31,173 nucleotides of DNA from the IMG/VR virus record IMGVR_UViG_3300045988_054057, positions 1 to 31,173 of that record; one strand, written 5' to 3'. A model generated the notes under the pieces. The model had not been told where the DNA came from and ran no database searches. It worked only from the letters and a program-made list of their open reading frames with translations. The stretch's first letter is position 1, and each line of letters begins with the position of its first letter. Below, piece by piece: positions 16,729 through 27,287 of the stretch. The position numbers were made by a program, and so were the translations under genes. Source of the stretch: a virus.

Positions 16729-19700
16729 ATGGCCGGTAATATTAAAGGGATAAAAATTGAGATTGGTGGTGACACACAGCCCCTTCAAAATGCCCTGAAA
16801 AAAGTAAATTCTGCCTCTATTGAAGCAGCAAAAGAATTGAAGAGCATTGACAAGGCTCTGAAATTTGACACAGGCAATGTGACTCTATTGGCTCAAAAGC
16901 AAGAAGTCCTTCAAAAGCAAGTCTCAACTACCAAAGAGAAATTGGAAACATTGAGACAGGCACAAGCACAAGTTGAAGCTCAATTCAAGAGCGGTGACAT
17001 TGGTGCTGATCAATACCGTGCATTTCAACGGGAAGTGGTCCAGACAGAAAACATCCTGAAAGGCTATGAGAACAAGCTTGAAAATGTCAATAAGGCATTG
17101 GACGGAAATGGGAATGCCACAAAATCCAACCGTGAACAACTGAAAGAGCTTCAAAATGAGCAACAGCGCCTTGCAAGTGAAGGTGACAAAGTTGTCAGCT
17201 CATTCAAGTTACAAGAAAGCCAAATGGGTTCAAATGCTAGTGAAGCAGATAAGCTGGCACTTGCTGAACAGAAGATTGGCAAGCAAAGTGAGATTGTTGC
17301 TCAACAGGTCGAGAACCTTGAGAAACAACTTGCCATTGCAAAACAAGAGTATGGCGAGAACTCAACAGAAGTCAATAAGCTAGAGACTCAACTGAATGAG
17401 TCCAAGGCTGCCTTCAATGGGCTTGCCAATGAAATGGAAAATCTTGGTGAGTCAGGAAAAAAAGCCAGTGGCGGTCTTGAAGAGACAAACAAGCTTCTGA
17501 AAGCTGAATTGCTGAATCAATTTTCTGAGAAACTATCTGAGATCAGTCAAAAGTTGGTTGATTTTGGGAAGAGCGCCCTAGATGCGTTCCGGGAAATTGA
17601 TGAGGGAATGGACACCATTGTCACCAAGACTGGTGCCGGTGGGAAAGCTCTTGAAGAGATGCAAGGCATTGCTAATGGCATCGCCACTGAGGTCCCTACT
17701 GACTTCAGTACCATCGGTAATGCGGTTGGTGAGGTCAATACTCAATTTAAATTGACAGGTGACGCTCTCAAAGTGACCTCAGAAGACATGATCAAATTCT
17801 CTGAGATCAATGGGACAGATGTCACGAACGCAACAATTCAGTCCAAACAAGCAATGGAAGCCTATGGCTTATCTATTGATGACTTAACAGAGATTTTGGA
17901 TAATGTGACCTATGTCGCTCAAGATACAGGGGTTTCTGTTGATGACTTGATGAAAAAGGCCACAGATGGAGCGCCTCAGATCAAGATGCTTGGTCTTGAG
18001 TTCGGTGAGGCAGTCACATTGATTGGTCAATTCGAACAAAACGGGGTTGATTCATCCGCAGCACTCTCTGGACTGACAAAGGCTGCTGGTGTCTATACCA
18101 AACAAGGCAAGAGCATGAAGCAAGGCTTGAAAGAAACCATTGAAGCCATCAAGAACAGCAAGTCAGAGACAGAAGCAATGGGAATTGCTATGGAGATCTT
18201 TGGCGCTAAGAAAGCCCCACAGATGATTGATGCAATCAAACGTGGGAAATTCAACATGGAAGAGCTAGGCTACACTTCACAAGTGTCAGCCGGGCTGGTT
18301 TCACAAACTTACGAAAACACTCTGGACCCTATTGACAAATTTACCACAGCTCAGAATGGGTTGAAAATTGTACTAGGGGAAGTAGGAGGAGCAATAGCAG
18401 AAACATTTGCTCCAGTGCTTGATGTGCTTGTAGGTCTTTTTAAAAATGTCGCAGAATGGGTCAATAAACTACCTGGGCCAATTAAAGAGCTTGTAGTTGT
18501 ATTTGGAAGTGTTGTGACAGTAGCTGGGTTACTATCACCAATATTCCTCGCATTACAAGCAGCAGCAATGGCAGCTGAAACAACTATAGGTGGACTGATA
18601 GCCGCTGCATTACCAATAATTGGAACAGTTGTAGCAGTAGCCGCTGCAATTGCTGGAATTATAGTAGTTATTAAGTATTTATGGGAAACCAATGAGGGAT
18701 TCAGGACCGCTGTTGAAGCAGTCTGGAATGCTATCATGTCAGTCATCAATACTGTTGTCAAGGCTATCTCTGACTTTGTAATGCAAATCTGGGGGACATT
18801 GACAACATGGTGGAATGATAATCAACAACTGATTAGACAGACAGCAGAAACAGTCTGGAATGCTATTTCAGCAGTAGTGACAACAGTCATGAATGTCCTT
18901 GGACCATTTATTGAAACTGCATGGAATAACATTTCAACCGTAATTTCCACGGTTTGGGACACCATCAAAACCGTAGTAGAAACAGCCATCAACGTGGTAT
19001 TAGGCATCATTAAGACTGTGATGCAGATTATCAATGGTGACTGGTCTGGGGCTTGGGAATCCATCAAGGGAATCGCTGAAAGTATCTGGAATGGCATCAA
19101 GAGCATTGCTGAATCTGTATTCAATGCTATAGCTCAGATCTTGTCTAATATCTGGAATACTATTTCCAGCACGGCATCAAGTATCTGGAATGGTATCAGC
19201 TCAACCCTATCTGGAATCTGGAATGGAATTTCCAGCACGGTCTCAAGTGTATTCAATGGAATTTCAAGTACAATTTCAGGTATCTGGAATGGTATCAGCT
19301 CAACTGCTTCAGGTATTTGGAATGGAATCAAAGATACAATTGGCGGTGCTATTAACGGGGCCAAAGACCTTGTAGGAAAAGCTATTGATGGAATTAAAGG
19401 CTTCTTCAATTTTCAATTCAAATGGCCACACATCCCACTACCTCACTTCAAGGCCAGTGGATCGCTGAACCCTATGGACTGGTTAAAAGGTAAAGGGATT
19501 CCAAGTATCGGCATTGAATGGTATGCCAAAGGTGGTATCTTAACCAAGCCCACAGCGTTTGGCATGAATGGAAATAGTCTCATGGTTGGTGGGGAAGCTG
19601 GAAAAGAAGCAGTCCTGCCATTGAATGAACGTAACTTGAGCGCCATTGGTCGAGGCATCGCCCAAACAATGGACCCACAAGGAACCGTGATAAACATCAA

Positions 19701-19821
19701 CATCTCTGACAATATCATCAGAGAAGAAGCTGACATTGAGAAGATCGCCAATAAGGTATCTCAGAAGATAGCTGCTGAATTGAGAAGACAGAAAGAATTG
19801 AGAGGAGCGCCTGCATGGTAA
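16729..19821 (+). CDS. Tape measure protein
   Basis: About 1030 aa with an N-terminal coiled coil, central hydrophobic segments and W-periodic repeats. ATG 16729 lies behind AAAGGAGGAAA. Confidence 0.9.
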   Translation: MAGNIKGIKIEIGGDTQPLQNALKKVNSASIEAAKELKSIDKALKFDTGNVTLLAQKQEVLQKQVSTTKEKLETLRQAQAQVEAQFKSGDIGADQYRAFQREVVQTENILKGYENKLENVNKALDGNGNATKSNREQLKELQNEQQRLASEGDKVVSSFKLQESQMGSNASEADKLALAEQKIGKQSEIVAQQVENLEKQLAIAKQEYGENSTEVNKLETQLNESKAAFNGLANEMENLGESGKKASGGLEETNKLLKAELLNQFSEKLSEISQKLVDFGKSALDAFREIDEGMDTIVTKTGAGGKALEEMQGIANGIATEVPTDFSTIGNAVGEVNTQFKLTGDALKVTSEDMIKFSEINGTDVTNATIQSKQAMEAYGLSIDDLTEILDNVTYVAQDTGVSVDDLMKKATDGAPQIKMLGLEFGEAVTLIGQFEQNGVDSSAALSGLTKAAGVYTKQGKSMKQGLKETIEAIKNSKSETEAMGIAMEIFGAKKAPQMIDAIKRGKFNMEELGYTSQVSAGLVSQTYENTLDPIDKFTTAQNGLKIVLGEVGGAIAETFAPVLDVLVGLFKNVAEWVNKLPGPIKELVVVFGSVVTVAGLLSPIFLALQAAAMAAETTIGGLIAAALPIIGTVVAVAAAIAGIIVVIKYLWETNEGFRTAVEAVWNAIMSVINTVVKAISDFVMQIWGTLTTWWNDNQQLIRQTAETVWNAISAVVTTVMNVLGPFIETAWNNISTVISTVWDTIKTVVETAINVVLGIIKTVMQIINGDWSGAWESIKGIAESIWNGIKSIAESVFNAIAQILSNIWNTISSTASSIWNGISSTLSGIWNGISSTVSSVFNGISSTISGIWNGISSTASGIWNGIKDTIGGAINGAKDLVGKAIDGIKGFFNFQFKWPHIPLPHFKASGSLNPMDWLKGKGIPSIGIEWYAKGGILTKPTAFGMNGNSLMVGGEAGKEAVLPLNERNLSAIGRGIAQTMDPQGTVININISDNIIREEADIEKIANKVSQKIAAELRRQKELRGAPAW
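19150..19347. repeat. 33-bp (11-aa) tandem repeats x6, IWNGISSTxSG, inside the tape measure
   Basis: IWNTISSTASS / IWNGISSTLSG / IWNGISSTVSS / VFNGISSTISG / IWNGISSTASG / IWNGIKDTIGG. Degenerate W-x10 copies extend upstream to about 18720. Confidence 0.9.
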
Positions 19822-20540
19822 GATACAACGAATTGATAATTGATGGAGTCGGAACTTCATCATTTCCATTTGATGTGATTGTACTTGAAGGCCCTACAAT
19901 TCAGGTTGGTCTCTCAAAGGACAAACTTTTGAGTCATGATGGAGTTAGTGGATATATTGTTCAGTCAAACCCTCACAGAGAAGCGATTGAAAAGAAATAC
20001 ACTCTTCAGCTCATCAACCCAACAGAGTTGCAAGTCCTTGAATTTGTCCAATTTCTCTCCAAAAGAAATTTCTGGCTTGAGAATCAACAGAACAAGCTCA
20101 CAAGATGGTTCTGCTATCAGACAAAGGTGTCTGACACTCAGAGAGATAAAACTAAAATGTATTCTTTAGAGGTGACATTTATTTGTCACCCTACAAAATA
20201 CATGAAGAACAATGATGTTCAAACTCTCACTTCAAATGGTGTTTTCAGGCTACAAGGTAGCTCACTAGCGTTCCCTAAAATCATAATTAGAGGAAATAGC
20301 TCATCTGAGACTAGCTTCACGATTGGAAAGCAAACCATCAAGCTTGAACAACTATCTGAGAGCGCTGTGATGGTAAATGACCCACAGAATCCAAGCTTCC
20401 TTGATAAGAAAGGGAATCTGGTGAAGTGGTCAGGAGATTTTATCACAATTGACGCTAACCAAGCTCAGAAAACTGTTGGGGTGGTTTTAGGTCCTGGCAT
20501 TCAATCACTTATTTTTGAAACCAATTGGGGGTGGTTATAA
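19815..20540 (+). CDS. Distal tail protein (Dit)
   Basis: 241 aa immediately after the tape measure, with an overlapping start (ATGGTAA). Confidence 0.65.
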   Translation: MVRYNELIIDGVGTSSFPFDVIVLEGPTIQVGLSKDKLLSHDGVSGYIVQSNPHREAIEKKYTLQLINPTELQVLEFVQFLSKRNFWLENQQNKLTRWFCYQTKVSDTQRDKTKMYSLEVTFICHPTKYMKNNDVQTLTSNGVFRLQGSSLAFPKIIIRGNSSSETSFTIGKQTIKLEQLSESAVMVNDPQNPSFLDKKGNLVKWSGDFITIDANQAQKTVGVVLGPGIQSLIFETNWGWL

Positions 20541-23500
20541 TTCTATATTTATTAGACAGAAATGTTCAAACAGTAAAATGGAATGGCCAGCCACTCCATG
20601 AAGCAACAAAAGCAGAAGTTGAAGAAGTAATCAACGTGAGCTACACTCTCAAGGTTGATTATCCAATCACAGACACTGAAATTTATAAGAAGTTTCAGGA
20701 AGACATGCTCATCATTGCTCCCACCCCTGTCACTGGCCGACAACTATTCCGAATTAAGGAAATCAGTGAGCAAGATGACACAGTAAGTCTGACTTGTCAG
20801 CATATCACAGAGGACATCTTCAAGCGTTCTGTTCGCCCTATCAAGGTTTCAAACTCAACCTGTCAAATTGCCTTGAATGCTATGATTTCAGCAGTCAAGA
20901 CACCACTTGGGAAATTCTCATTCTCAAGTAACATCATGGACAATAGAACCTTCAACACTACAGAAGATGAAACGCTCTATAAGATCCTGATGGATGGAAA
21001 ACATTCCATCGTGGGTGCTTGGGAAGGCGAGATGATTCGTGACAACTTCCTGATCGACATTCCAAAGAGTCGGGGAATTGATCGTGGTGTGGTAATCACC
21101 ACACATCAAAATTTGAAGCAGTATGAACGAAACAAGAGCAGTTCAAGCATCATCACAAGAATACATCTGAAATCAACATTCAAACCAGAGGGATCAGAAG
21201 AAGACACGGTTCTGAAAGTCACTGTGGACAGCCCCCTCATTGGTAGTTACCCTTACATCAATGAAGCTGAGTATGAGAACAATGATCTTACTACAGAGGA
21301 AGAACTGAGAAAATGGGGTGAAGCCAAGTTCAAGAATGGGAATATTGACAAGCCTACTGATCAGATCAAAATTGAAGCTTATGAGCTTGATGGGCAAACT
21401 GTCCATCTTGGTGACACAGCAGCCCTCATGAGCTTGAAGCATGATGTCATGCTGAAGAAGAAAGCTGTAGGCTATGTTTTTGATGCCCTTTCAGAAGAGT
21501 ATATCTCTCTTACTTTTGATGACAAAGCCGGTCACGGTGGAGGCATGTCAGGCTCAAATGGAATTTCTGATGTGGCATCTGAAATCCTTGATACAGTTCA
21601 AAAAACTCAAGAGGATGATGAATACTACAAGAAATTGAAAGTATTGGTTGACAATGCCAATAGGGCTTTTGAAGACAAGGCAGGAGCCTTGGAAAAAGAG
21701 ATCACTGATGGAATTGAGCAAGCCAAAGCACAAGCTGAAGTGGTTAAAGAAGAAATCTCAGCTCAAGTCACTGAGAAGATAGCAGCAGCAAACCAAGCAA
21801 ACAAGAATGAGATTGTAGAAGAGTTCAAAGCTCAATACAATGGCATTGAAGTGAAAATGAAAGGCTTGACGGCTACAACTGAAAAGCTCATTGAAAAAGA
21901 TGTAGAAGTGAAAGAGCAAATTGACAAATTCAAACAGTCTACAGAAAGCCAATTCACTGAATTAAAAGGCGCACAATCCAGATTTGAGCAGACTACTGAG
22001 AAAGCCGTTTCTGACCTGACTAATGTGGTAAATGGCAAAGCTGATAGGTCATATGTTGAGCAGACGGTGGCAGGAGTCAAAGAAGAGTTCACGAATCTGA
22101 AAGTTGGTTCAAGGAACTACGCAGAAGACTATGATTTCACTCGTGGTCTTTGGTTTTTTGCTCATGGCGATTCAAGTGATTCAACCGGTACAGCAGAGAA
22201 TGGTATATATACCATTACAGGCAATACTAACACTTGGAAACAGGCACAGCTATTTTCTAGCACCGCACCAAGCTGGGCTACCTCAAAAACAACCGCTCTG
22301 GACTATCTAGAGAAAGGCGAGCCTTACACTATTTCTTTTTATGCTAAAAGGAATAGCGGTTCAGGAACAATGTGGGTTTCATTGCGTGAAAATAGAAAAT
22401 CTGGGGACAATCCAGAAAGAATCTATGCTCAACTTCAGTTAACTGATGAATGGAATCTGTACAAAGTTTCTGTTCCAGCTCTAGAAAAAAGCGATGAATT
22501 TGATTTTTGGCGCATCATTATCGGATATAGTGAAGCAGGTTCGATTTCATTCAAAAAGGTGGAATTAACACAAAGCACTACTAGAACAGATGCAGGACCA
22601 GCCCCAGAAGATCAAGAAGCTATTGTCACAAATGCTTCAGCATCTTTTGAACGTACAGCAAAAGGGCTTAAAACTCAAATCACAGCACTTGAACAGTACA
22701 CTGGAGAGAGTGGAATCCTTGAGTCTAGGCTAAAACGCTATACAGAAGAGCAAACAAGCAATACCCTGAAGACAATTCGTGAGAATCTATCTGAGAATTA
22801 CATTTCTAAAAATAAGTACACAGAAGATTCTGAGGGGATCACAAGAAGGATCGAAGCTCTAGGAAGTCAGATTGACCAAGAAAACCTTGTTAAATTAGCT
22901 GACAGCTTAACTGAATATACAGCGCCCAACAATGGCACAACCAGAATTACATCAGTAGAGAACGGGATTTTCAAAATGAAAGTTTCCGGATCTCCTGCAA
23001 ATTCTTATACATTTGCAGGTCCAACATTCCCACTGTATATCAACAAGATGACTCAAGGTGAATACTACTCATTAGGTTTTGAATATCAAGTGAGAAGTGA
23101 TGTTGAATGTGATAAAGGAATAGCAGTTACACTCAAACGACATTCAAATAATAAGCAAGTGTTTGGGAAGAGTTTTGCAGATAAAACAACAGCAAAAAAC
23201 ACATGGCTGAAAGCTGAGTTCACATTCCTAGCAACTGATTTTGAATTTGATACCTCTGGAAGTTTTCCACTATACTTCTATGCAGTCAACAATGCACACT
23301 TTTGGATTCGCAAACCAATATTGGTCAAAGGGCCAAAAGTCCCTCCATACAAGCCAAACAGCTTGGACACAATCAACTCACGAATTGAGAGCAAACTTGC
23401 TGAATACAAGCAGACTGTTGATGGTCAATTCTCAACATTCTCAACTGAGTTTGGGAATAATCTGAGATATGCAACAGAAGGACTAAACAATAAGCTTGCA

Positions 23501-24793
23501 ACTCAGGAGCAGGCACTTACAACCAAAATTGAAGAGCAAGCACACTCAACAGATGTCAAACTGGCAACTCAAGCAGATGAGACAAACAAGAAATTATCTA
23601 GTCAAAATTCTGTCCTCAATGACAAGTTAGATGATTTCAAGGACAGCATCAACGGGCGCTTTGCGAATTATCAGCAAACAGTTGATGGGCAAGTGGCAAC
23701 GATCATCAGCCAATTTGATGGAGTTTTGAAAAAAACAGACATCAACATCACAGATGGTCAGATCTCATTTGGCACAGGCAAGAGCATCAATGGAAGGACC
23801 ATCAGCTCCTTGCTTGTGCAAGAACCGGAAGCTATTGCCTTAATCGCTCAATTGATCAAGGTTAAAGGTGACATGGTAGTTGATGGCTCAATCACAAGCA
23901 GGCATCTGGCATCTCAGAGCGTTCGAACAGGACACATGGAATCTGGATCAGTAACCACTCAGATTCTGGCCAGCAATGCAGTGACAGCAGATAAGCTACT
24001 AGTTGACTCTGCTATGATCAACAAACTTGTATCAAATCAAGCCTTCATCAGAGAACTAGCTTCACAGAGAGCCTTCATCACTCAACTAACATCTGTGGGA
24101 ATTTCCGCAAATGATATCCGTGGAGGAAGACTGACAGCAAATTCTGGTGTATCTAGTTTTGATTTAGACAATGGACGATTGTCATTCTACGATAACTTCA
24201 CAGGAGTTTTCCGGGATCAAACAAATGCTTCTAGCCAAGGGCTTTTCTTCCGGAATGATGATGTAACGATAAACGGAAGACGCTACATCAATTCAAAAGC
24301 CATTATAGGTGCTGACCGTCGTGACAACGACATCAGAAATCACTGGGATCAAGGTGGATTCAATGGAATGATTGTGGATACCATCAAAGGAGTAGGAACA
24401 GGAGATCATGACAACGCAGATAAGGTCACGTTTGTAGGTGATAGATTTAACTTTACTCACTCTTATAATTATGACCAGGCCACTGGAAGCAATCCTTATG
24501 GGTGGAGAATAAGCACTTGGGGAGGAACGACAATTGCTCCATACGGTACCAACGGAAGAAATACCAACGTTCAAGCTGGTGATTTCCTACTTATTAACAA
24601 TGGAAACAACGGAGTATGGCTCAGACAAGCTCTGAGAACTCTCAGAACAGCGATTCAGCACTTTGTCAATGCAGGATTTGCAACTGATGACTTCACTCCC
24701 CAGAATGGAAAACCAATGAGAACAGCTCTCCACAGTTCCATCAGAAATGCAGTAGCTAATTCATTAAGGGATTTTGATAAATTCGGAATTTAG
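20525..24793 (+). CDS. Tail-associated (Tal-like) N-terminal domain fused to a long host-specificity / receptor-binding fibre
   Basis: 1422 aa after Dit. It has a Tal-type N-terminus (LYLLDRN...), coiled coils, two beta-rich inserts (about 22100-22575 and 22890-23340) and a C-terminal fibre with SRHLAS..ITADKLLVDSAMINKL repeats. The start is ambiguous: TTG 20525, GTG 20531 or ATT 20540. Confidence 0.75.
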   Translation: MGVVIILYLLDRNVQTVKWNGQPLHEATKAEVEEVINVSYTLKVDYPITDTEIYKKFQEDMLIIAPTPVTGRQLFRIKEISEQDDTVSLTCQHITEDIFKRSVRPIKVSNSTCQIALNAMISAVKTPLGKFSFSSNIMDNRTFNTTEDETLYKILMDGKHSIVGAWEGEMIRDNFLIDIPKSRGIDRGVVITTHQNLKQYERNKSSSSIITRIHLKSTFKPEGSEEDTVLKVTVDSPLIGSYPYINEAEYENNDLTTEEELRKWGEAKFKNGNIDKPTDQIKIEAYELDGQTVHLGDTAALMSLKHDVMLKKKAVGYVFDALSEEYISLTFDDKAGHGGGMSGSNGISDVASEILDTVQKTQEDDEYYKKLKVLVDNANRAFEDKAGALEKEITDGIEQAKAQAEVVKEEISAQVTEKIAAANQANKNEIVEEFKAQYNGIEVKMKGLTATTEKLIEKDVEVKEQIDKFKQSTESQFTELKGAQSRFEQTTEKAVSDLTNVVNGKADRSYVEQTVAGVKEEFTNLKVGSRNYAEDYDFTRGLWFFAHGDSSDSTGTAENGIYTITGNTNTWKQAQLFSSTAPSWATSKTTALDYLEKGEPYTISFYAKRNSGSGTMWVSLRENRKSGDNPERIYAQLQLTDEWNLYKVSVPALEKSDEFDFWRIIIGYSEAGSISFKKVELTQSTTRTDAGPAPEDQEAIVTNASASFERTAKGLKTQITALEQYTGESGILESRLKRYTEEQTSNTLKTIRENLSENYISKNKYTEDSEGITRRIEALGSQIDQENLVKLADSLTEYTAPNNGTTRITSVENGIFKMKVSGSPANSYTFAGPTFPLYINKMTQGEYYSLGFEYQVRSDVECDKGIAVTLKRHSNNKQVFGKSFADKTTAKNTWLKAEFTFLATDFEFDTSGSFPLYFYAVNNAHFWIRKPILVKGPKVPPYKPNSLDTINSRIESKLAEYKQTVDGQFSTFSTEFGNNLRYATEGLNNKLATQEQALTTKIEEQAHSTDVKLATQADETNKKLSSQNSVLNDKLDDFKDSINGRFANYQQTVDGQVATIISQFDGVLKKTDINITDGQISFGTGKSINGRTISSLLVQEPEAIALIAQLIKVKGDMVVDGSITSRHLASQSVRTGHMESGSVTTQILASNAVTADKLLVDSAMINKLVSNQAFIRELASQRAFITQLTSVGISANDIRGGRLTANSGVSSFDLDNGRLSFYDNFTGVFRDQTNASSQGLFFRNDDVTINGRRYINSKAIIGADRRDNDIRNHWDQGGFNGMIVDTIKGVGTGDHDNADKVTFVGDRFNFTHSYNYDQATGSNPYGWRISTWGGTTIAPYGTNGRNTNVQAGDFLLINNGNNGVWLRQALRTLRTAIQHFVNAGFATDDFTPQNGKPMRTALHSSIRNAVANSLRDFDKFGI

Positions 24794-24806
24794 AAAGGTA
24801 ACAAAA

Positions 24807-25028
24807 ATGAAAGAAAACACTTATGTATCAATCATCACAGATCTAGCCAATCAATTGTCTAGTAAATCAATCAATGAAGCTGAGTTCAAGGCACGATTGA
24901 ATGAAGCACAGCAGGAGAAGCAACAGCTCCTCAAAGAACTAGAAATCTATCGCTCTGTTCTGGAATCTGACAAAGATTTGAAGGACCTATTTGAAGAAGT
25001 TAAGAATAAGAATGAGGTAAATGCCTAA
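24807..25028 (+). CDS. Hypothetical coiled-coil protein (73 aa)
   Basis: ATG 24807. The track start at 24774 overlaps the Tal end. Confidence 0.5.
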   Translation: MKENTYVSIITDLANQLSSKSINEAEFKARLNEAQQEKQQLLKELEIYRSVLESDKDLKDLFEEVKNKNEVNA

Positions 25029-25699
25029 TGAATTATAAAGTGCAGTTCAAATCCTATGACCCCGTAGCTAATGCCACAAAGGTTTCCATCAAGCAAGATT
25101 ATCCATACCGGGTATTTGAAGAATCCCTTCCAAATAACCGCATGGGGGACGAAGAAACAACTCTTGTGGAAGCTGTTCTAAATCTTGTACGAATGGAGTT
25201 GGACCCCTCTGGCGCTATCGTAGCCCTCAAGAAAGAGCTTGACAAGTCTGTTGATGCCAATAAGGATGCCATCAATAAAATTCAAGAACTCACTCAAGAG
25301 AACGAAAAGAAGGATGTTCAAATCCAGAACAACAAAGCACTTGCTGATTGGTCTGTCCTTGTAGCCGTGACCAATCAAGACAATCCACTTGATCCAACTC
25401 TTTACAAGCGAGCGCTTGAACTTGTGGAAGCTGCTCAAATAGGTAAAACCTACAAACAACATGACATCTTCACCCTCGTGGATCCTGATCACACTGAAAA
25501 ATTCAGTGAAGGAAAACGTGTGTTAGTACAAGTCAACTATGATTTTGTCTATAATGGCGAATCCATCAAAGACTTGAAAGGCCCACTGCTCCAAAATGGC
25601 AAGCTTGCAATTTACAATTGGGAAGTACCAAAAGAAGAGAAGCAAAATAAACCATCAGGAGATCTTGAAACTAAACCAGTAGCGCAACCCGAACCATAA
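25028..25699 (+). CDS. Hypothetical protein upstream of the holin, in the position occupied by DUF1366-type proteins in S. thermophilus phages
   Basis: ORF coupled to the previous gene (TAATG). No motif recognised with certainty. Confidence 0.5.
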   Translation: MNYKVQFKSYDPVANATKVSIKQDYPYRVFEESLPNNRMGDEETTLVEAVLNLVRMELDPSGAIVALKKELDKSVDANKDAINKIQELTQENEKKDVQIQNNKALADWSVLVAVTNQDNPLDPTLYKRALELVEAAQIGKTYKQHDIFTLVDPDHTEKFSEGKRVLVQVNYDFVYNGESIKDLKGPLLQNGKLAIYNWEVPKEEKQNKPSGDLETKPVAQPEP

Positions 25700-25718
25700 A
25701 TTGAGAGGAGTATGATTG

Positions 25719-26171
25719 ATGTATAAAGAACCAGATGGAATCTTTGGAATCATTGAAGTAGTACGGGATTTTTATGATCACGGTATTGATGAACACATGA
25801 TTGTGTTCATGTTTATGGCTATTGTTGCTCTAGATATTGTTATAGGAGTATCTAGAGCGTGGGCCTATCATGAATTTTCAAGTAGGAAGTGGAGGAAAGG
25901 GCTGGTAAGCCACACAGCTACGATCTTGATTGTAGCCATTGGCTATCCATTCGCTTTGTATATGAATCTTGGAGCTGTAGTTGATGCCTTCATTGTCGCA
26001 ATGATGGCAGCTTACGGTTCCAGCATCCTTGCAAGCCTTTCAGCTTTAGGGGTTGAAATCCCTGGTCTAGATCGTCTTGTGAAACAAAATATTGATCATG
26101 AAAAATTTCAGTTAAAAGATGGCTTGGAAGAGCCTAGTAAACTAATCAAAAAAGGAGAAAAGAAAAAATGA
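25719..26171 (+). CDS. Holin (multi-TM, toxin-secretion/phage-lysis holin type)
   Basis: Three to four hydrophobic segments, LDIVIGV..A......S....G motif, charged C-terminus, just upstream of the lysin. Confidence 0.65.
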   Translation: MYKEPDGIFGIIEVVRDFYDHGIDEHMIVFMFMAIVALDIVIGVSRAWAYHEFSSRKWRKGLVSHTATILIVAIGYPFALYMNLGAVVDAFIVAMMAAYGSSILASLSALGVEIPGLDRLVKQNIDHEKFQLKDGLEEPSKLIKKGEKKK

Positions 26172-26497
26172 ATCAAATCACTGATATCGTAACCAGTAGC
26201 GCAATGAGTATTTTTGTAATTTTGGTTGGAATTGTTGTTCAGGCAGTCAAGAAATATCTCTTGACTCGTGGAGGAAAGAAAGCTCTTGAAGTTGCTGAAA
26301 TTCTTGCAAACAACGCTGTGAATGCCACTGAACAAGTAGCAGGAACATTGGACATCCACGGCAAGGATAAGATGGAGCATGCTAAGACTAGCTTGATCGA
26401 AGGTCTAGAAGCATATAACATCAATTTGACCAATGACCAATTGAACACATTCATTGAAGCCGCTGTGAAAAAAGCCAATGAACAATGGAAGAAATGA
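26168..26497 (+). CDS. Second holin-like protein (LL-H-type, single N-terminal TM)
   Basis: N-terminal TM segment AMSIFVILVGIVVQAV followed by a helical soluble tail ending IEAAVKKANEQW. ATGA overlap with the upstream gene. Confidence 0.5.
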   Translation: MNQITDIVTSSAMSIFVILVGIVVQAVKKYLLTRGGKKALEVAEILANNAVNATEQVAGTLDIHGKDKMEHAKTSLIEGLEAYNINLTNDQLNTFIEAAVKKANEQWKK

Positions 26498-26505
26498 GGT
26501 TCAAA

Positions 26506-27252
26506 ATGGTAGCAACAAATGACATTTTAAGTTTTTCAGAATCTTTGGCCAATCAAGGTGTTGGAGCCGATGCAGATGGTGCGTACGGGACCCAATGTGT
26601 TGACTTACCAAATTCAATTTCTATCAACTTTTTCGGGAAAGCTCTCTGGGGAAATGCTATTGACCTACTTAATTCAGCCGCTGGGTTAGGGTATGAAGTA
26701 GTATATGATGCAGTAGGAGTCAACCCACGAGCAGGAGCCATCTTTGTCATGGATACAACTTATCTGTATGGCCATCCTTATGGTCACACAGGAATTGTGA
26801 TTGAGGATAGTGATGGAGTCACTATGAGAACCATTGAACAGAATATTGATGGCAATGCTGATTCACTCTATGTTGGAGGTCCTGCACGATACAACACACG
26901 CAACTTTGATGGAATTGTTGGATGGTTCTATTTCCCAACTGATGACACATCTGTGGCATTTGAACAGCCAGAACCATCAGAACCATTGACAATTGAATCA
27001 AATGGATTCCATCCAGAAACAGGGACATTCACTGTTGAGGTGTCTGCTCTAAATGTACGAGCTGAAGCCGGTCTTGGAGCTGAAATTGTAGCTGTATATA
27101 GTGCAGGTCAAGAAATCAACTATGATGGATGGCTTGACAATGATGGCTATATTTGGATCTCGTACATTGGCGGTTCTGGAAATCGTAGATATGTGGCTGT
27201 TGGACAGTCAGAAAATGGACAACGCATCACAGACTTTGGATCTTTTAAATAA
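26506..27252 (+). CDS. Endolysin with an N-terminal CHAP domain and a C-terminal SH3b
   Basis: GTQCVDL (Cys), HTGIV (His), EQN. C-terminus GYIWISYIGGSGNRRYVAVG is SH3_5-like. Confidence 0.85.
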   Translation: MVATNDILSFSESLANQGVGADADGAYGTQCVDLPNSISINFFGKALWGNAIDLLNSAAGLGYEVVYDAVGVNPRAGAIFVMDTTYLYGHPYGHTGIVIEDSDGVTMRTIEQNIDGNADSLYVGGPARYNTRNFDGIVGWFYFPTDDTSVAFEQPEPSEPLTIESNGFHPETGTFTVEVSALNVRAEAGLGAEIVAVYSAGQEINYDGWLDNDGYIWISYIGGSGNRRYVAVGQSENGQRITDFGSFK

Positions 27253-27260
27253 GAAATGAC

Positions 27261-27287
27261 AGCCTTCCGAAAGGAGGGCTTTTTTTC
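27261..27287 (+). terminator. Rho-independent terminator of the late/lysis operon
   Basis: agccttcc-gaaa-ggagggct stem-loop followed by T7. Confidence 0.8.

Noticed and set aside
20525-24793. Diversity-generating retroelement or phase-variable targeting of the receptor-binding gene
   Set aside because: There is no reverse transcriptase, no template-repeat copy of the 3' region elsewhere in the genome, and no invertible-segment repeats flanking it.
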